A stretch of DNA of 62,981 nt, filler included, from Octopus bimaculoides (lineage: Eukaryota): NCBI RefSeq assembly GCF_001194135.2. It is 6 parts of 5 records of this genome, joined end to end, with 100 filler letters (N's around TTAATTAATTAA, not from the genome) between each part and the next. Parts side by side here need not be neighbours in the genome. Positions count along the whole stretch, not along the records: positions 1 to 17,791 come from NC_069000.1; 5 more parts are not named here. One strand, 5' to 3'. The notes under the pieces are model-generated. The model was given only the letters and a program-made list of their open reading frames with translations. It was not told the origin of the DNA and did no database searches. Below are positions 1 through 11,755 of this stretch, piece after piece. Made by a program: the position numbers and the translations under genes. Positions within the stretch are counted from its first letter, which is position 1. Each line of letters opens with the position of its first letter.

Positions 1-243
1 CTGGACTGGCTTTTGCGGGTGGCACATAAAAGACACCATTTCGAGCGTGGCCGTTTTTGTGCGGGTGACACGTAAAAGCACCCACTACACTCTCTGAGTG
101 GTTGGCGTTAGGAAGGGCATCCAGATGTAGAAACTCTGCCAAATTAGATTGGAGCCTGGTGTTGCCATCCGGTTTCACCAGTCCTCAGTCAAATCGTCCA
201 ACCCATGCTAGCATGGAAAGTGGACGTTAAACGATGATGATGA
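1..243 (+). mobile_element. 3' UTR/tail of RTE-clade LINE (cut by window start)
   Basis: Closely matches the 3' ends of the RTE copies at 2440-2628 and 40750-40858 and the reverse complement of 30843-30990; ends in a (GAT)n tail then (TA)n. Confidence 0.8.
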
Positions 244-450
244 TATATATATATATATATATATATACATACCTTTCTTTCCAAGGTCCGGGATGAACCA
301 ATATCAAGGTAGGTGACTGAGAAGAGGGCAGCAGGGTCGAATCCTCTCCTTCGCCAAATGCCAAAATTGGTCATTACATTGGCAGTGTCCCAGCATGACC
401 ACAGCCTTAAGGCTGAAATGTGTGAAAGAAGAAAAGAATATATATATATA

Positions 451-2628
451 GACCCACTTGAGGGACCAGCTACCTGAATGGACATCACCTTGGTACATAA
501 AGCAATTAAGGATATGAATTCAGGGAAAGCCCCCAGCCCATCAGTAATCACTGGTGAGATGCTTAAAATATCTGGTGGTGTAGTTTATAGTCTAGTCACC
601 CGTATTGTAAATCAGGTAGTTCACGAAGGAGTCATACCTAATGATTGATGTAACAGCACCATAGTCAACTGCTACAAAGGTAAAGGTGATGCTTTTCGAT
701 AGAAATAACTACAGGGATATCAAATTGCTGGATCAGGTGATGAAGGTCACAGAGAGGGTCATAACCCCACTAATAAGGGAAAGAGTTAGCCTAGATGAGA
801 TGCAGTTTGGTTTTGTGCCAGGTAGAAGCAGCACTAATGCTATATTTCTGGTAAGGCAACTGCAGGAGAAATACCTGGCCAAAGATAAACCTCTGTACTT
901 GGCTTTTGTTGACTTGGAGAAAGCCTTTGATAGGATCCCCTGATCCCTTATCTGGTGGACAATGCAGAAACTAGGGATAGACAAGTGGTTACTAAGGGCT
1001 GTACAGGCTCTGTACAGGGATGCTGTCAGTAAGGTGAGGGTCAGGAATGAGTAGAGTGAAGAATTCCAGGTAGAAGTAGGGGTTCACCAAAGATCAGTCC
1101 TCAGCCCCCTCTTATTCGTCATAGTCCTCCAGGTAATAACAGAAGAATTCAAGACAGGATGCCCCTGGGAGCTCCTCTATGCTGATGACCTTGCTCTCAT
1201 AGCTGAATCACTGCCAGAACTAGAGAAGAAATTTCAGGTGTGGAAGTAAGGTCTAGAATCGAAGGGCCTTAGATTCAATGTAACAAAAATCAAAGTCCTA
1301 GTAAGTAGGAAGGTGGACAAATCACAATCCCCTTCAGGTAGATGGCCCTGTTCATTCTATAGAAAAGGTGTAGGTAGAAACACCGTAACTGTACCCAGTG
1401 TAAGCTATGGACACATATGAGGTACAGCATTATCAAAGGAAGGTTAACCGGGATGATAGTTTTTGTGTGCAGCAGGTGCACATGGGCAGTAAACACAGAA
1501 GATATTCAGAGAAAAGATTCCATTACATGCCAGGGGGAGAAACTAAAAGTAGTTGATAGCTTCCGCTACCTAGGTGACCAAGTCTGTAGTATGGGTGGAT
1601 GCTCCGAGAGCATTGCCACTAGAATAAAAATAGCCTGGGTAAAGTTCAGAAAGCTCCTACCTCTGCTAGTAACAAAGGGCTTCTTGCTCAGAGCGAAAGG
1701 TAGACTGTATGATGCATGTGTGCGAAGAGCCATGCTACACGGCAGTGAAACATGGGCCATGACAGATCCACTGGATGTGTAATGTCAGTGTGCACACATG
1801 ACAGAGTGTAAGTGTCCTGAGAGAAATGTTGGACATAAGAAGCATCAGATGTGGTGTACAAGAGAGACAACTGCGCTGGTATGGTCATGTGCTGTGTATG
1901 GATGAGGAGAGCTGTGTGAAGAAGTGAAAGGAACGCATGGAAGAGGGAGACCCAGGAAGAAATGAGATGAGGTGGTGAAGCATGACCTTTGAACACAGAG
2001 GCAATAACAAGAGACTGAGACCTTTGGAGATATGCTGCGATTGAGAAGATCCAGCAAGTAAAATGAGATCACAGCCGTAGCTTATATCAATGTCCTATAA
2101 CCAGCCCATTTAAAAGTACCTTTGAATCATCGGGCGATACACTGCACTTGAAAAGACCTATTGAGTCAAGTAAAATCAAAATAAGATTGAAATCAAAATG
2201 GAAATTGTAGTTGTGGCCAATGCCAGTACCACCTGACTGGCACCCGTGTTGGTGGCACGTAGTAAGCACCATTCACGCGTGGGTCTATGCCAGTGCCGCC
2301 TGACTGGCTCCTTGTGCCAGTGGCACATAAAAGGCACCATCCAAACATGATTGATGCCAGTCTGCCACTGACTGTCTCCTGTGTTGGTTGCACGTAAAAC
2401 GCACCATCCAAACGTAGTTGATGCCAGTGCTGCCTGACTGGTTCCCATGCCAGTGGCACATAAAAAGTGCCTACTACACTCTCAGAGTGGTTGACATTAG
2501 GAAGGGCAGCCAACTGTAGAAACCTTGCCAGATCAGATTGGAGCCTGGTGCAGCCTACTGGCTTGCTGGTCCCCAGTCAAACTGTCCAACCCATGCCAGC
2601 ATGGAAAACAAATGTTAAACAATGATGA
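451..2628 (+). mobile_element. 5'-truncated, decayed RTE-clade LINE (reverse transcriptase, C-terminus, 3' UTR)
   Basis: RT motifs DEMQFGFVPGR and LAFVDLEKAFDR (ORF 686-943); LLYADDL with YADD at 1178-1189 in the same frame; FRYLGD and LYDACVR..MLHGSETW (ORF 1417-1782); in-frame stops; 3' tail ending aaacaatgatga. Confidence 0.92.
2221..2488 (+). repeat. 67-bp tandem repeat (4 units) in RTE 3' UTR
   Basis: TGCCAGT unit starts at 2221, 2288, 2355 and 2422, an exact 67-bp period; each unit opens with a GCCAGT-N8-ACTGGC type inverted repeat. Confidence 0.85.
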
Positions 2629-2666
2629 CATACACACACACACATATATATACATACACATACATA

Positions 2667-2835
2667 CTTTTTTATTAAAGCTGTAAAAACTTGACAATAA
2701 CTCTGACTTAGAGTTCCATGTTCCCATTTGTCAGATAGTTGTGATCAAGACTGGAATCAATTTCATTCCAGTCTTGATCACAACTGTCCAACAAACAGTT
2801 TTTTGTGATGTTTTTGCAGCTTTAATAAAAAAAAG
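2667..2835. mobile_element. Foldback MITE-like element, TA-flanked
   Basis: Outer arms CTTTTTTATTAAAGCTGTAAAAAC / GTTTTTGCAGCTTTAATAAAAAAAAG; inner perfect 21-bp inverted repeat 2737-2757 / 2765-2785 with a 7-nt loop; TA on both sides. Confidence 0.65.
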
Positions 2836-2891
2836 TATATTACTCTACCTTCAATAGTCAAGAACTATTTCTTCCACTTTGTATTTATGTG

Positions 2892-2893
<2 letters not shown>

Positions 2894-2933
<40 letters not shown>

Positions 2934-2941
2934 CATATATA

Positions 2942-2976
<35 letters not shown>

Positions 2977-2995
2977 TTATATATATATATATACA
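2894..2995. repeat. (TA)n microsatellite
   Basis: Directly visible; representative of dozens of TA/CA/TATG tracts, many bordering assembly gaps. Confidence 0.95.
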
Positions 2996-3199
2996 CACAT
3001 ACATATGTACTTATAATATTATTGTTCTTTCTTACAAAACAAATAGAACTGCTAAAAAGTGTCCATTTGCATTTTACTTTTGTACTTTCTTTCATAGCAC
3101 TCTTTACAATTTATAACATATTTCCTTAATGTTGATGTAATTAAAACTTTTGTCTTCTTGTTTTTTTTACAGTGTATAAATACAAGCCATGTTCTTGGC

Positions 3200-3900
3200 C
3201 TGAATCGTATTCTTATTTGTAAATGGCATTCTCACATTTTTGATCCTTATTTTGTTTTCTGTGCTGGCATGGGATTCTTTTACTGGACCTATAGGAACTG
3301 GGGTTTTTTGTTTTGGTATGTAGTTGCTTTTGTAAGGCAAAATTTTTCAAAATAGTTTAGTCTTTGGCATTTTCTGCATTCTCTGTTAAATGCTTAAGTA
3401 TTCTTTCCTTTTTCTGTGAATTTTTCTACATCTTCCACACTGTCTGGTATTTTTCATTCTAACTACATATATGTATCAATTCTTTTCATTGATATCATTG
3501 TAACATGTACTGTATTTTTATCATAGCTTCATATCTCCTTATGCTTTCAATAGCTAACTTTAGCATATGATCTGGTTTGTTTATAAGATCTCTTTTTGCA
3601 TTTGTCCACTTCAGTCTTTTGCTATTTGTTCAAAGATTCTTTCCTCCTAGTTTACGTCAAAGTCAAATCTTTCTGCTTTTGATTTAAGTCGAACCACATA
3701 TTTGTCAATCGACTATTCAGTTTGTTGTATTAATGAGAACTCTAATTGTTCAACCCACTTGTTTGATTTTTGCATAAGATGGGCTCCAAAAATTCTGAAT
3801 ATGTTGACTGATATAAAATTCACATTTTGTATTAATTCTCAACCCTTTGGTCCAGTGCTAAGTAAAATATAGTTCTGCTTCAGTTTTTCATCTATTTTTT
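3200..3900 (-). mobile_element. Decayed Ty3/Gypsy-type gag remnant
   Basis: Manual minus-strand translation gives KQNYILLSTGPKG*ELIQ, KWVEQLEFSLIQQTE*SIDKYVVRLKSKAERFDF..EERIFEQI and KLAIESIRRYEA, resembling metazoan Gypsy gag; many stops. Confidence 0.55.
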
Positions 3901-4489
3901 TTTTTTGAAAGCTCATAAAATCAACCCATTCGTTACAAGCCTTGCATTTATTCTTGTTCAACCAGTTGAAACATGGTAATGGGATTATTCAGCTCACTTG
4001 GACACTTTTGGGAAAAAAAAAAGAAAAATTTAACTTCTTTACTGCATTATTGTCACCTTTGTTATTGCTTGCTTCCAATTTTTTTCTTTTTTTTAGTCAT
4101 TATGTCTGATTGGGCAAATTGCTGTCTCACTGCCACCATGACATGATTTATACAAAAGCAGACAGATTTTTGAATGTATAACTTTATTTGATATTAAATC
4201 ACATGGCAGCTTTCTTTTTAAGAGACATAACTTATAAACTATTAAATCAAAACATCATGTTTCTATGTGATAGTTGAAAACAAGCATCACATAAGGAATG
4301 TCCTTTATTCCCAATCTTTCATGAAAATATGCCAGATCATGGGGAAATATTACATGGAAACAGGTATGGGTTAGCTACAGGAAAGCATCATGTAATAGAA
4401 CATCTACTTTAATGAATTCCATCCAAGTGGCTGTTACAATGAGTATATATATCTGTGTGTGTAGAGGCTGCTTTTTCATATATAATCAA

Positions 4490-6080
4490 AGCCATTGCTA
4501 GAAAGAATCACTGAAGTGAGTCATTGATAATGCAATGTGAGGCCCTTATATGACTCTTGAGCCCTGCCAAAGATTTGCACATTTTATTGCATAATGCACA
4601 GTTGTGCTGGCTGGCAGAAGGAACAGGTGCCACAGTATGAAGTCTTTTGACGTGTCTTTTTCCACAGGTTGCACATGTTCTGTTGTGAACAGTAGTCATA
4701 TCACAATTTACAAAGGGTTAATTCCTGGGACTTCTCTGATGGCTGACCAGGCCTTGCATGACTCAAGCATTTCCTCCTACAAATCACACATGTAAAAAAA
4801 CAACAATCCTTCATTTTCTATTGGTTCATTCTTTCTAAGCTTTCTCTTGATCTTCTTGTGCTTCATTCTCTTTCTTTCAAACTTTAAACAACCACAGTGC
4901 ACTCTTTTCCTCCATCTACTTCAGTCTTGTGCTTCTCTCTCCCAATCAACATCTGAAATTCCTGTCTGTGGCAAAGCAGTTTTAAGGCAGTCATTTTGGG
5001 TTTATGTGCTGGCCTTTTACAATCTTTCAGCTTACTAAACAAAAGTTGCTTAGGAAGTCTTTTATCATTCATTCTCAACCCCACCTCAAACAACATTGCA
5101 GAATGATTGATTCCACCCTCCCACTACAATTTCTCTCAAATACCACTACATCACTAATCACTATTCTCCAATTTATACCAAGAATTTTCTTAAGGCAATA
5201 TTTATGGAATCGTTCCAAAGGCCTCAAATGCTTATGATAAACAACCCAGGTCTCACTTCCATAGAGCAATGATGGCAGAACACATGTGCTATAAACCCTA
5301 ACTTTAGTTTGGATAGATATACTACAGTGTGACCAGAGACACTTGTTAAGCCTACCAAAAGCACTACTAGCCTTGCTGATTCTATACGAAATTTCATTAT
5401 CAAGACCAGTAGTGCTCAGAATACTTCCTAAATATATGAATTTGATTACAACTTCTAACCTTTGTCTATATACAATTACAGAAAGCTCTATATAAAGCTT
5501 AGAGGGTGTAAATTGGTTAATTGTAAGGCCCAATGCTGCTGAAATCACATTCATCACGTGTTGTATATCTTCCTTGGAATGTGCTAACAGGTCACAATCA
5601 TTTGCATACAAGAAATCAGTGATGTGAGAATGAAGAACTTTCATTTTAGCACAAAGTCTTTTGAGGTTGAAAAGTTTTCCCACTGTCCTATGTCTTATAG
5701 ACTCCTTCAGCACAATCTTTAAAGGCTATTTGAAAGACTATTGTAAAATACAGAGCAAACAAGGTAAGAGCAGAAATATCACCCCGTTTTACATCATTTT
5801 CTACAGAAACTGGATCTGACAAGGTACCTCCAACATTAACTCTTGCCTCCATCTCATCATGAAATTGTCTAAGAATTTGCAAATTTTTCAGGGCAGCCCA
5901 GCTTTTTCAAGATCTCCCAAAATGCAACTATTTATAGAATCAAAAGCTTTTGTCAGATCAATAAAAACTTGAGACAAGTCCTGTTTCATGCACTTCTCTT
6001 GTAGCTACAGCTCAAAATATCATGTCCATAGTACTCCTACTACCTCTAAAGCTACATTGTCATTCTGGTAGAACCTCATC
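4490..6080 (-). mobile_element. Decayed RTE/BovB-like LINE (RT plus C-terminal C2H2 zinc finger)
   Basis: VFIDLTKAFDS near 5950; ORF 5688-5882 ILRQFHD.M...TLFALYF; ORF 5075-5713 LFNLKRL..K..V, FLYANDC (YADD equivalent), F.YLGS and LLYGSETW; ORF 4508-4699 CALCNKMCKSLAGLKSHIRASH. Confidence 0.9.
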
Positions 6081-6184
6081 AGCAATGTGCAGATGCAATC
6101 TATCCAGCATTACCCTACAAAGAACCTTTCCAGCCACAGCCAACAGACAGATGCCACGAAAATTATCACAGACATACATGACAT

Positions 6185-6300
6185 AAGCTCCTATCAACAA
6201 CATTTCACTCACATTGGTCAACCCAAGATCATAGTATAATGTTCAAGGTACCATGCAGTGGGATTAGACCCCAAACTATGATATAACAAAATGAACTTAA
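6185..6300 (-). mobile_element. Degenerate SINE fragment (family A, 5' part)
   Basis: Weak match to the reverse complement of 37181-37320 (..ggtaccatgcagtgggattagacccc..). Confidence 0.4.
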
Positions 6301-8479
6301 CTGCAGTGATGACAATATACTTCACATACATGCATCATAAATAATAAAAACATGGAAATATAGTATGAAATTTTATAATGTGGTAAGCTCTCAAAATATT
6401 TTGATATATGCTGAAGAGACAGCTACCAACAGAGTCTGTAAGGTTATTAAACCAATATCCTTTTACAAATTGTCAACTCAAGATTATGATAAAAGAGACT
6501 TGATGAAGGTGCTGTTACATCTTTGTGTGTATGAGATGTGAATATATTTAAGTATTTGTCAACCTTAGTGTTATAGCTGTTTTGCAACTTTCATCATGTA
6601 ATAATTTCAGTATATAATAAATTATTTTACATATATCTATACTAATATACAAGCTAAGCACGATAAAATCAGTGCAGGGTTAACAATGTCTTTTGTAAAC
6701 ATTAAGGATGGTCACTTCAGCACCTTAACTAATATGAAAAAAATATATTTATCATTTACATTTATTTTTAATGACCAAACCAAGCTAATTTTATCTAGTA
6801 TCAGTCTTCCATACATTGTATATACAAAGAGAAAATTTGGTATGTGTAAACCATGAAGTTCTGGTGATTTGATAAGCTAGCTTTCTTTAACTGCACTGAT
6901 TTGTAAACATATAATTGCATTGTATAAAGTGTAGCATGCATATTTGTATATTTGTGCAGACATGTAAAATAATTTATCATATACAGAAATTCTTACATGA
7001 AGGCTGCGAAATAGCAGCAATCCTAAGGATGACAAGTGATTGACTAAATGTATCCACTTCTCATACCTCCTGACGTTTTATGGTTTATAAACTCATCGAT
7101 CGGATATCCTGGGTTTCAAGCTGCATAGAACTTTGCATTATACTCCTCCGTATTGGATTACTATATAGTTTACTACCCGAGTCCACAAGAGGAGCTTTCT
7201 GTAATAGCCCCACGATTCTATGAATCCATATATTACAATATATATATCGAAGGGAATTTACCTTCGCATATATATATATNNNNNNNNNNNNNNNNNNNNN
7301 NNNNNNNNNNNNNNNNNNNNNNNNNNNNNNNNNNNNNNNNNNNNNNNNNNNNNNNNNNNNNNNNNNNNNNNNNNNNNNNNNNNNNNNNNNNNNNNNNNNN
7401 NNNNNNNNNNNNNNNNNNNNNNNNNNNNNNNNNNNNNNNNNNNNNNNNNNNNNNNNNNNNNNNNNNNNNNNNNNNNNNNNNNNNNNNNNNNNNNNNNNNN
7501 NNNNNNNNNNNNNNNNNNNNNNNNNNNNNNNNNNNNNNNNNNNNNNNNNNNNNNNNNNNNNNNNNNNNNNNNNNNNNNNNNNNNNNNNNNNNNNNNNNNN
7601 NNNNNNNNNNNNNNNNNNNNNNNNNNNNNNNNNNNNNNNNNNNNNNNNNNNNNNNNNNNNNNNNNNNNNNNNNNNNNNNNNNNNNNNNNNNNNNNNNNNN
7701 NNNNNNNNNNNNNNNNNNNNNNNNNNNNNNNNNNNNNNNNNNNNNNNNNNNNNNNNNNNNNNNNNNNNNNNNNNNNNNNNNNNNNNNNNNNNNNNNNNNN
7801 NNNNNNNNNNNNNNNNNNNNNNNNNNNNNNNNNNNNNNNNNGCACGTGGATAATTATTTTCAGAAAAAAAAAAAACATAACACACAAAAACCAAAAAAAT
7901 TAAATTAAATAAAAACCTCACTGTTTCATTTCCAAAATTGAATTATACAAACCTGTATAAACTGTTTGCATATCTTAGCCCATAGCTTGCTAAGCCGCAA
8001 ATCAATATGGACTTTTTCCAATGAGTTCGTATTGTCTTGGCCATACTGACCGCCCCTAATACCGCTTTGGACATTGTTAAGCAGCAGCTTTTGTTATTGT
8101 CTTAATAATATTGAATTATTTTAAAGCGTTAAAGACCGAGACGAAGACAAGTGAATAGACACGTGGTTTTAGACAACTGGAGTTACTGGTCTTGAAATCA
8201 GGGGGAAATAACTAATAGGCACACAGTGACGATATAGAGTTTATTAAATCGACGCCGGTACGTATTCGTTTATTTATTTGTGCTTGTATTTATTTGATTA
8301 TTTTTTATATCTTAATTGATGAGCAAATAGCATTGTCGTTTATAACAGACAAATCAATAGTTTCCCACCACAAGAATAATGTGTATCTACACATGCACAT
8401 GCTTTTGCTCACTTTTTTTTCGTAAAAATTCTTTAAAATGGCATTTCTGCTAGAAATAATGGATCTAGTTAGTTTCGTT

Positions 8480-9370
8480 CACAAAATGAGCCTCCTTTAA
8501 TTTTGCTCAGATTGCTTCCAATTTTGGTGTATCGATGCATCTCTGAATTTTGATTCAGATCAACCAATTACTTCATATGGACAACTGCTTATGATGTGTG
8601 TGATATCTTCTATGTTATCACATTTTGGTGTTTGCCTTGCATCTCTGTCCCTATTTGGTTGATATATTCTGTTCCTGGATTGTAAACACATACTCTTCAA
8701 AGTGAGAGTTAGTAATCCGGTTGTTGGTCCATGATTGACTGCTTTGATTATTACTGGAGCCTTCTAGTAACGTGTTCATGCATGGTCTTCTGCTGATATA
8801 CATTCATCCTTTCATCTGATGACATGTTGTGGTAGAGTCGTGTATTCAAAGTTATCAAACAAGAAATGCTACTCAAGGAGCTGCTTTACAAGTCTCATGA
8901 TATTTGCCTCGTATATGCAAACTTGATCAAGAGATGCACTTTGACACTTATTGGTTGAATGATGTTGCTGAAGGGATATGATATGACATTCAAAGACAGT
9001 CTGGATTGATGTTAAGCCTCTGTCCCTTTGTTTTCATTTTAGGTAGGGGCTGTCTACATCACTGTTAATGTAGAAATTATGTGTGTTGGTTAATATCTAG
9101 GTTTTTGTATCAAGTGTCCAATCAAACAACCCAAATGTTGCTATGAGTACTGTTACCGCAAACACATTGTAGGCCACAGTTCTATTGAATGTAGAGAGTT
9201 CCAAGGTCCATATTTTCTTTATCCAGCTGTAATATTCTTTAGTGACATGTATCTTATTACAGGTACCATTGTAAAATATGTTACCATATACTCCTAGGTA
9301 CCTGTGTCATTCCTCATCAAATATAGTAATGTGTGTCTCTTTTAAATTTAGAATGAATTTTGACTGGCCA
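8480..9370 (-). mobile_element. R4/Dong-like (RLE) LINE fragment B: thumb to zinc-knuckle region
   Basis: Minus translation YRYLGV...KEYYSWIKKIWTLELSTFN...FAVTVL..FGLFDWT, then NSDVD..RGLTSIQ and PKCDNIEDITHIISSCP near 8575-8630. Confidence 0.75.
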
Positions 9371-9419
9371 CTGACTTGGTATCAAGGTTGTGAAGGAAGG
9401 TATCTTGATTTAACCATTG

Positions 9420-11620
9420 TCCTTTAAATCTTTGGGTCATGCAGATTTTTACCCAAGATTCTATGTTCAGCCATAGTTTGCTCCAGATTGGTTGGTATGC
9501 ATCCTGTTGCTCCAATAATAATGGGTATGAAGCTGAACATGTATCTTGGGTACTGGATTTGCAAACTCCTTATCAATGGTCTATGGATGTTCTCTTTCTC
9601 TTGTATTTTTCTAACCACATTTGTGTCCAGTGGGCAGCTGATTTTCACAACAGAACATATCTGAGCAGCTTGTGAGTTCAAACATCAATCTCACTGAGTT
9701 CTTGTAGGGACCAGTTCAGAAGGCCAAACATAGGCTGAGGACAGACACTGCAAAGGTGTTGTGGGCCATATGCTTGTTGTAAGCTGAGAGTTCTGATAAC
9801 CATATTTTTTTTACTCTCTTGAGGTAGTCCTTTCTGATCCTCTTTATTTATGGGTCCATCATATCTGACATTCTCATCTTGTGCGAGATACCTAGAATTA
9901 TCACCTGACTATCACCTGTCAAATCATTCATCTTTAGCCTTTGAGAGGAGGGCACATCTTTTCCATGTTTTACTGTCAAAAATGCATATTTAGATTCACC
10001 AATTTCATTCCAATGTCTGTAGGAAATTGTGTTTAATGTCCAATTGTTTTTTTTTATTTGGCCAATACAGTTTCAGGTTGTTGATAAAGAGAAGATGGGA
10101 GATACTTCTGGATCCATTTTTCTGGTCACTATGTTTTATGAGCAGGTATGATAGTGGATTTAATGATAGGACAAATAGTAACACCAACAGGTTATCACCC
10201 TGAAAGATGCCATTTTTGTTTTCCCTTGGATTATTTTGTTAATTAGTTGCTGCTGTATACAACTCTACATCTTCTTACCTCCAATTTGCTCAGGTGCTAT
10301 AATGTTCTTGGTAACACAATGATTCTGCAAGAACAGATAGAGCTATCCAGTGTTTAGTTTGTACATGATATTCTCGCAGATTTTTGGGCAGTAATTTCTA
10401 GTAAGGATAGTTTGGCTATTTTGGGGGATGAGTTGCAGTTGATAACCATTTGGACAGTTCTTGTGTACCCTTGATACTTTCTTCATACAACCATATGTGA
10501 TCTCACCAATAAAAGGTGAAATTCTCCAGCCAATAGCCTGCTGTGAGGTCTGGGCCTGGGGAGTTCCTGTTTAGCATTTTCTCTAATACTGTTTCCAGTA
10601 TTTCACCATCTATTTCATATTGATTTTGCTTGACATGCCTGCACTAGTCATGCTCCAGTTCTTTTAACCATACAGCTTGTTTGTTGTATTGATCATTTGT
10701 TTCCCATACAAATCTCCAGTAGCTCTCAACCTGATCTTTTGTGGGTGTATCTGTTACAGATTGAAGCTGTTGTAAACTAACTTGAGATCCCTGGCAAATA
10801 ACTTATTACTCATTTGGTATTTATACATTGTAAATTTATATCCTTTCAACTGTAGCTGTGAGTTGTTTGAGCTGGTGCAGTTTAAAGAACAGGTTTTTTT
10901 AACCCTGTATCACCAAACTGCCTCTCCAGTTTTTTTCCTGGGGCCTTCTTGATGTTGTGTGAAGTTGCTCTCTCTGTTACATTTCATAACTACAATTATC
11001 TGTGAGATACTTTGTAGGGAAAAAAAATTATTTTAAAAATTACATTCCCATGTTGGTTCAGGCTTTCTGCATGAATCTTGATCCTGTGGCTTCAGCTCTT
11101 TGAGATATGCTAATAATGTAATGACTGAGACATATATCAAGAGATTAAGAGTTTCATAGGTTGTTTCCATACCTCTAGCCTGTGTGGTCTTCAGATATTT
11201 TTTAGCAATTTCATTTACAGCTGCAAATTCTAATTTACTGGGTTCTTTACTAATACTGGTGTTGTATGGCCTGTCATTGAAATTAAGGTTGTGGATCTGT
11301 CGAAACATACTATCCCAGATCACTTGTAAGGAGTCCACAAGTTTTTGGTGTTCTTCTGTTTGTACAGCATAGGTATGGATCATAGCTAAATTGTTAGTGT
11401 GTTGCTTGCTGCTAGATTCATCTAAATGTTTTGTCTGTTCACCAGTGGAGAGGTTGTGGATTTCAGCCAAATTGCTGGAGTGATTACGACTAAATTCAAC
11501 AGACCATTCTGTTTGTCCATTAGTGGAAGTGGGGTGACTATCTTCAGTAGCTGGCTGCTTTGAATTATATATGTCCGTTAGATATATCAATTTACATCTA
11601 ATGATACATTTCACTGGTTC
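9420..11620 (-). mobile_element. R4/Dong-like (RLE) LINE copy A, internally deleted
   Basis: N-terminal ORF 11033-11614; RT motifs GPDLTAGYWL, NYCPKICENIMYKL and LFVLSLNPLSYLL..SHLLFINNLKLY (10005-10187); RLE end ISCPLDTNV..KEN..IPIIIGATG (9424-9681). Confidence 0.85.
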
Positions 11621-11755
11621 GTTTAAATGTTTTGGGGAAAAATCTAATTCTGGAGTTACACAATTTTTTTAATCTTTCCATAAAACCAAACTTTTGTGGT
11701 GTCAGATTTTGTATTTGCTTTATATAAATCTAATTTGTAGATCCATTGTACAGAG

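Noticed and set aside
2221-2488. Periodic palindromic repeats as a CRISPR array
   Set aside because: Whole units, including the would-be spacers, are homologous; the array lies in a LINE 3' UTR of a eukaryote; no cas genes.
2737-2785. Hairpin called as a miRNA gene
   Set aside because: A perfect stem nested in a larger TA-flanked palindrome fits a MITE better; no expression evidence is available.
7060-7115. Hammerhead-like TCGATGAG..AAAACGTCAGG on the minus strand
   Set aside because: Both core boxes are mutated and the stems are poor; not distinguishable from chance without a family consensus.
11033-11614. 193-aa ORF as a novel host gene
   Set aside because: It is contiguous and co-oriented with R4/Dong-like RT motifs and resembles the N-terminal part of that ORF.
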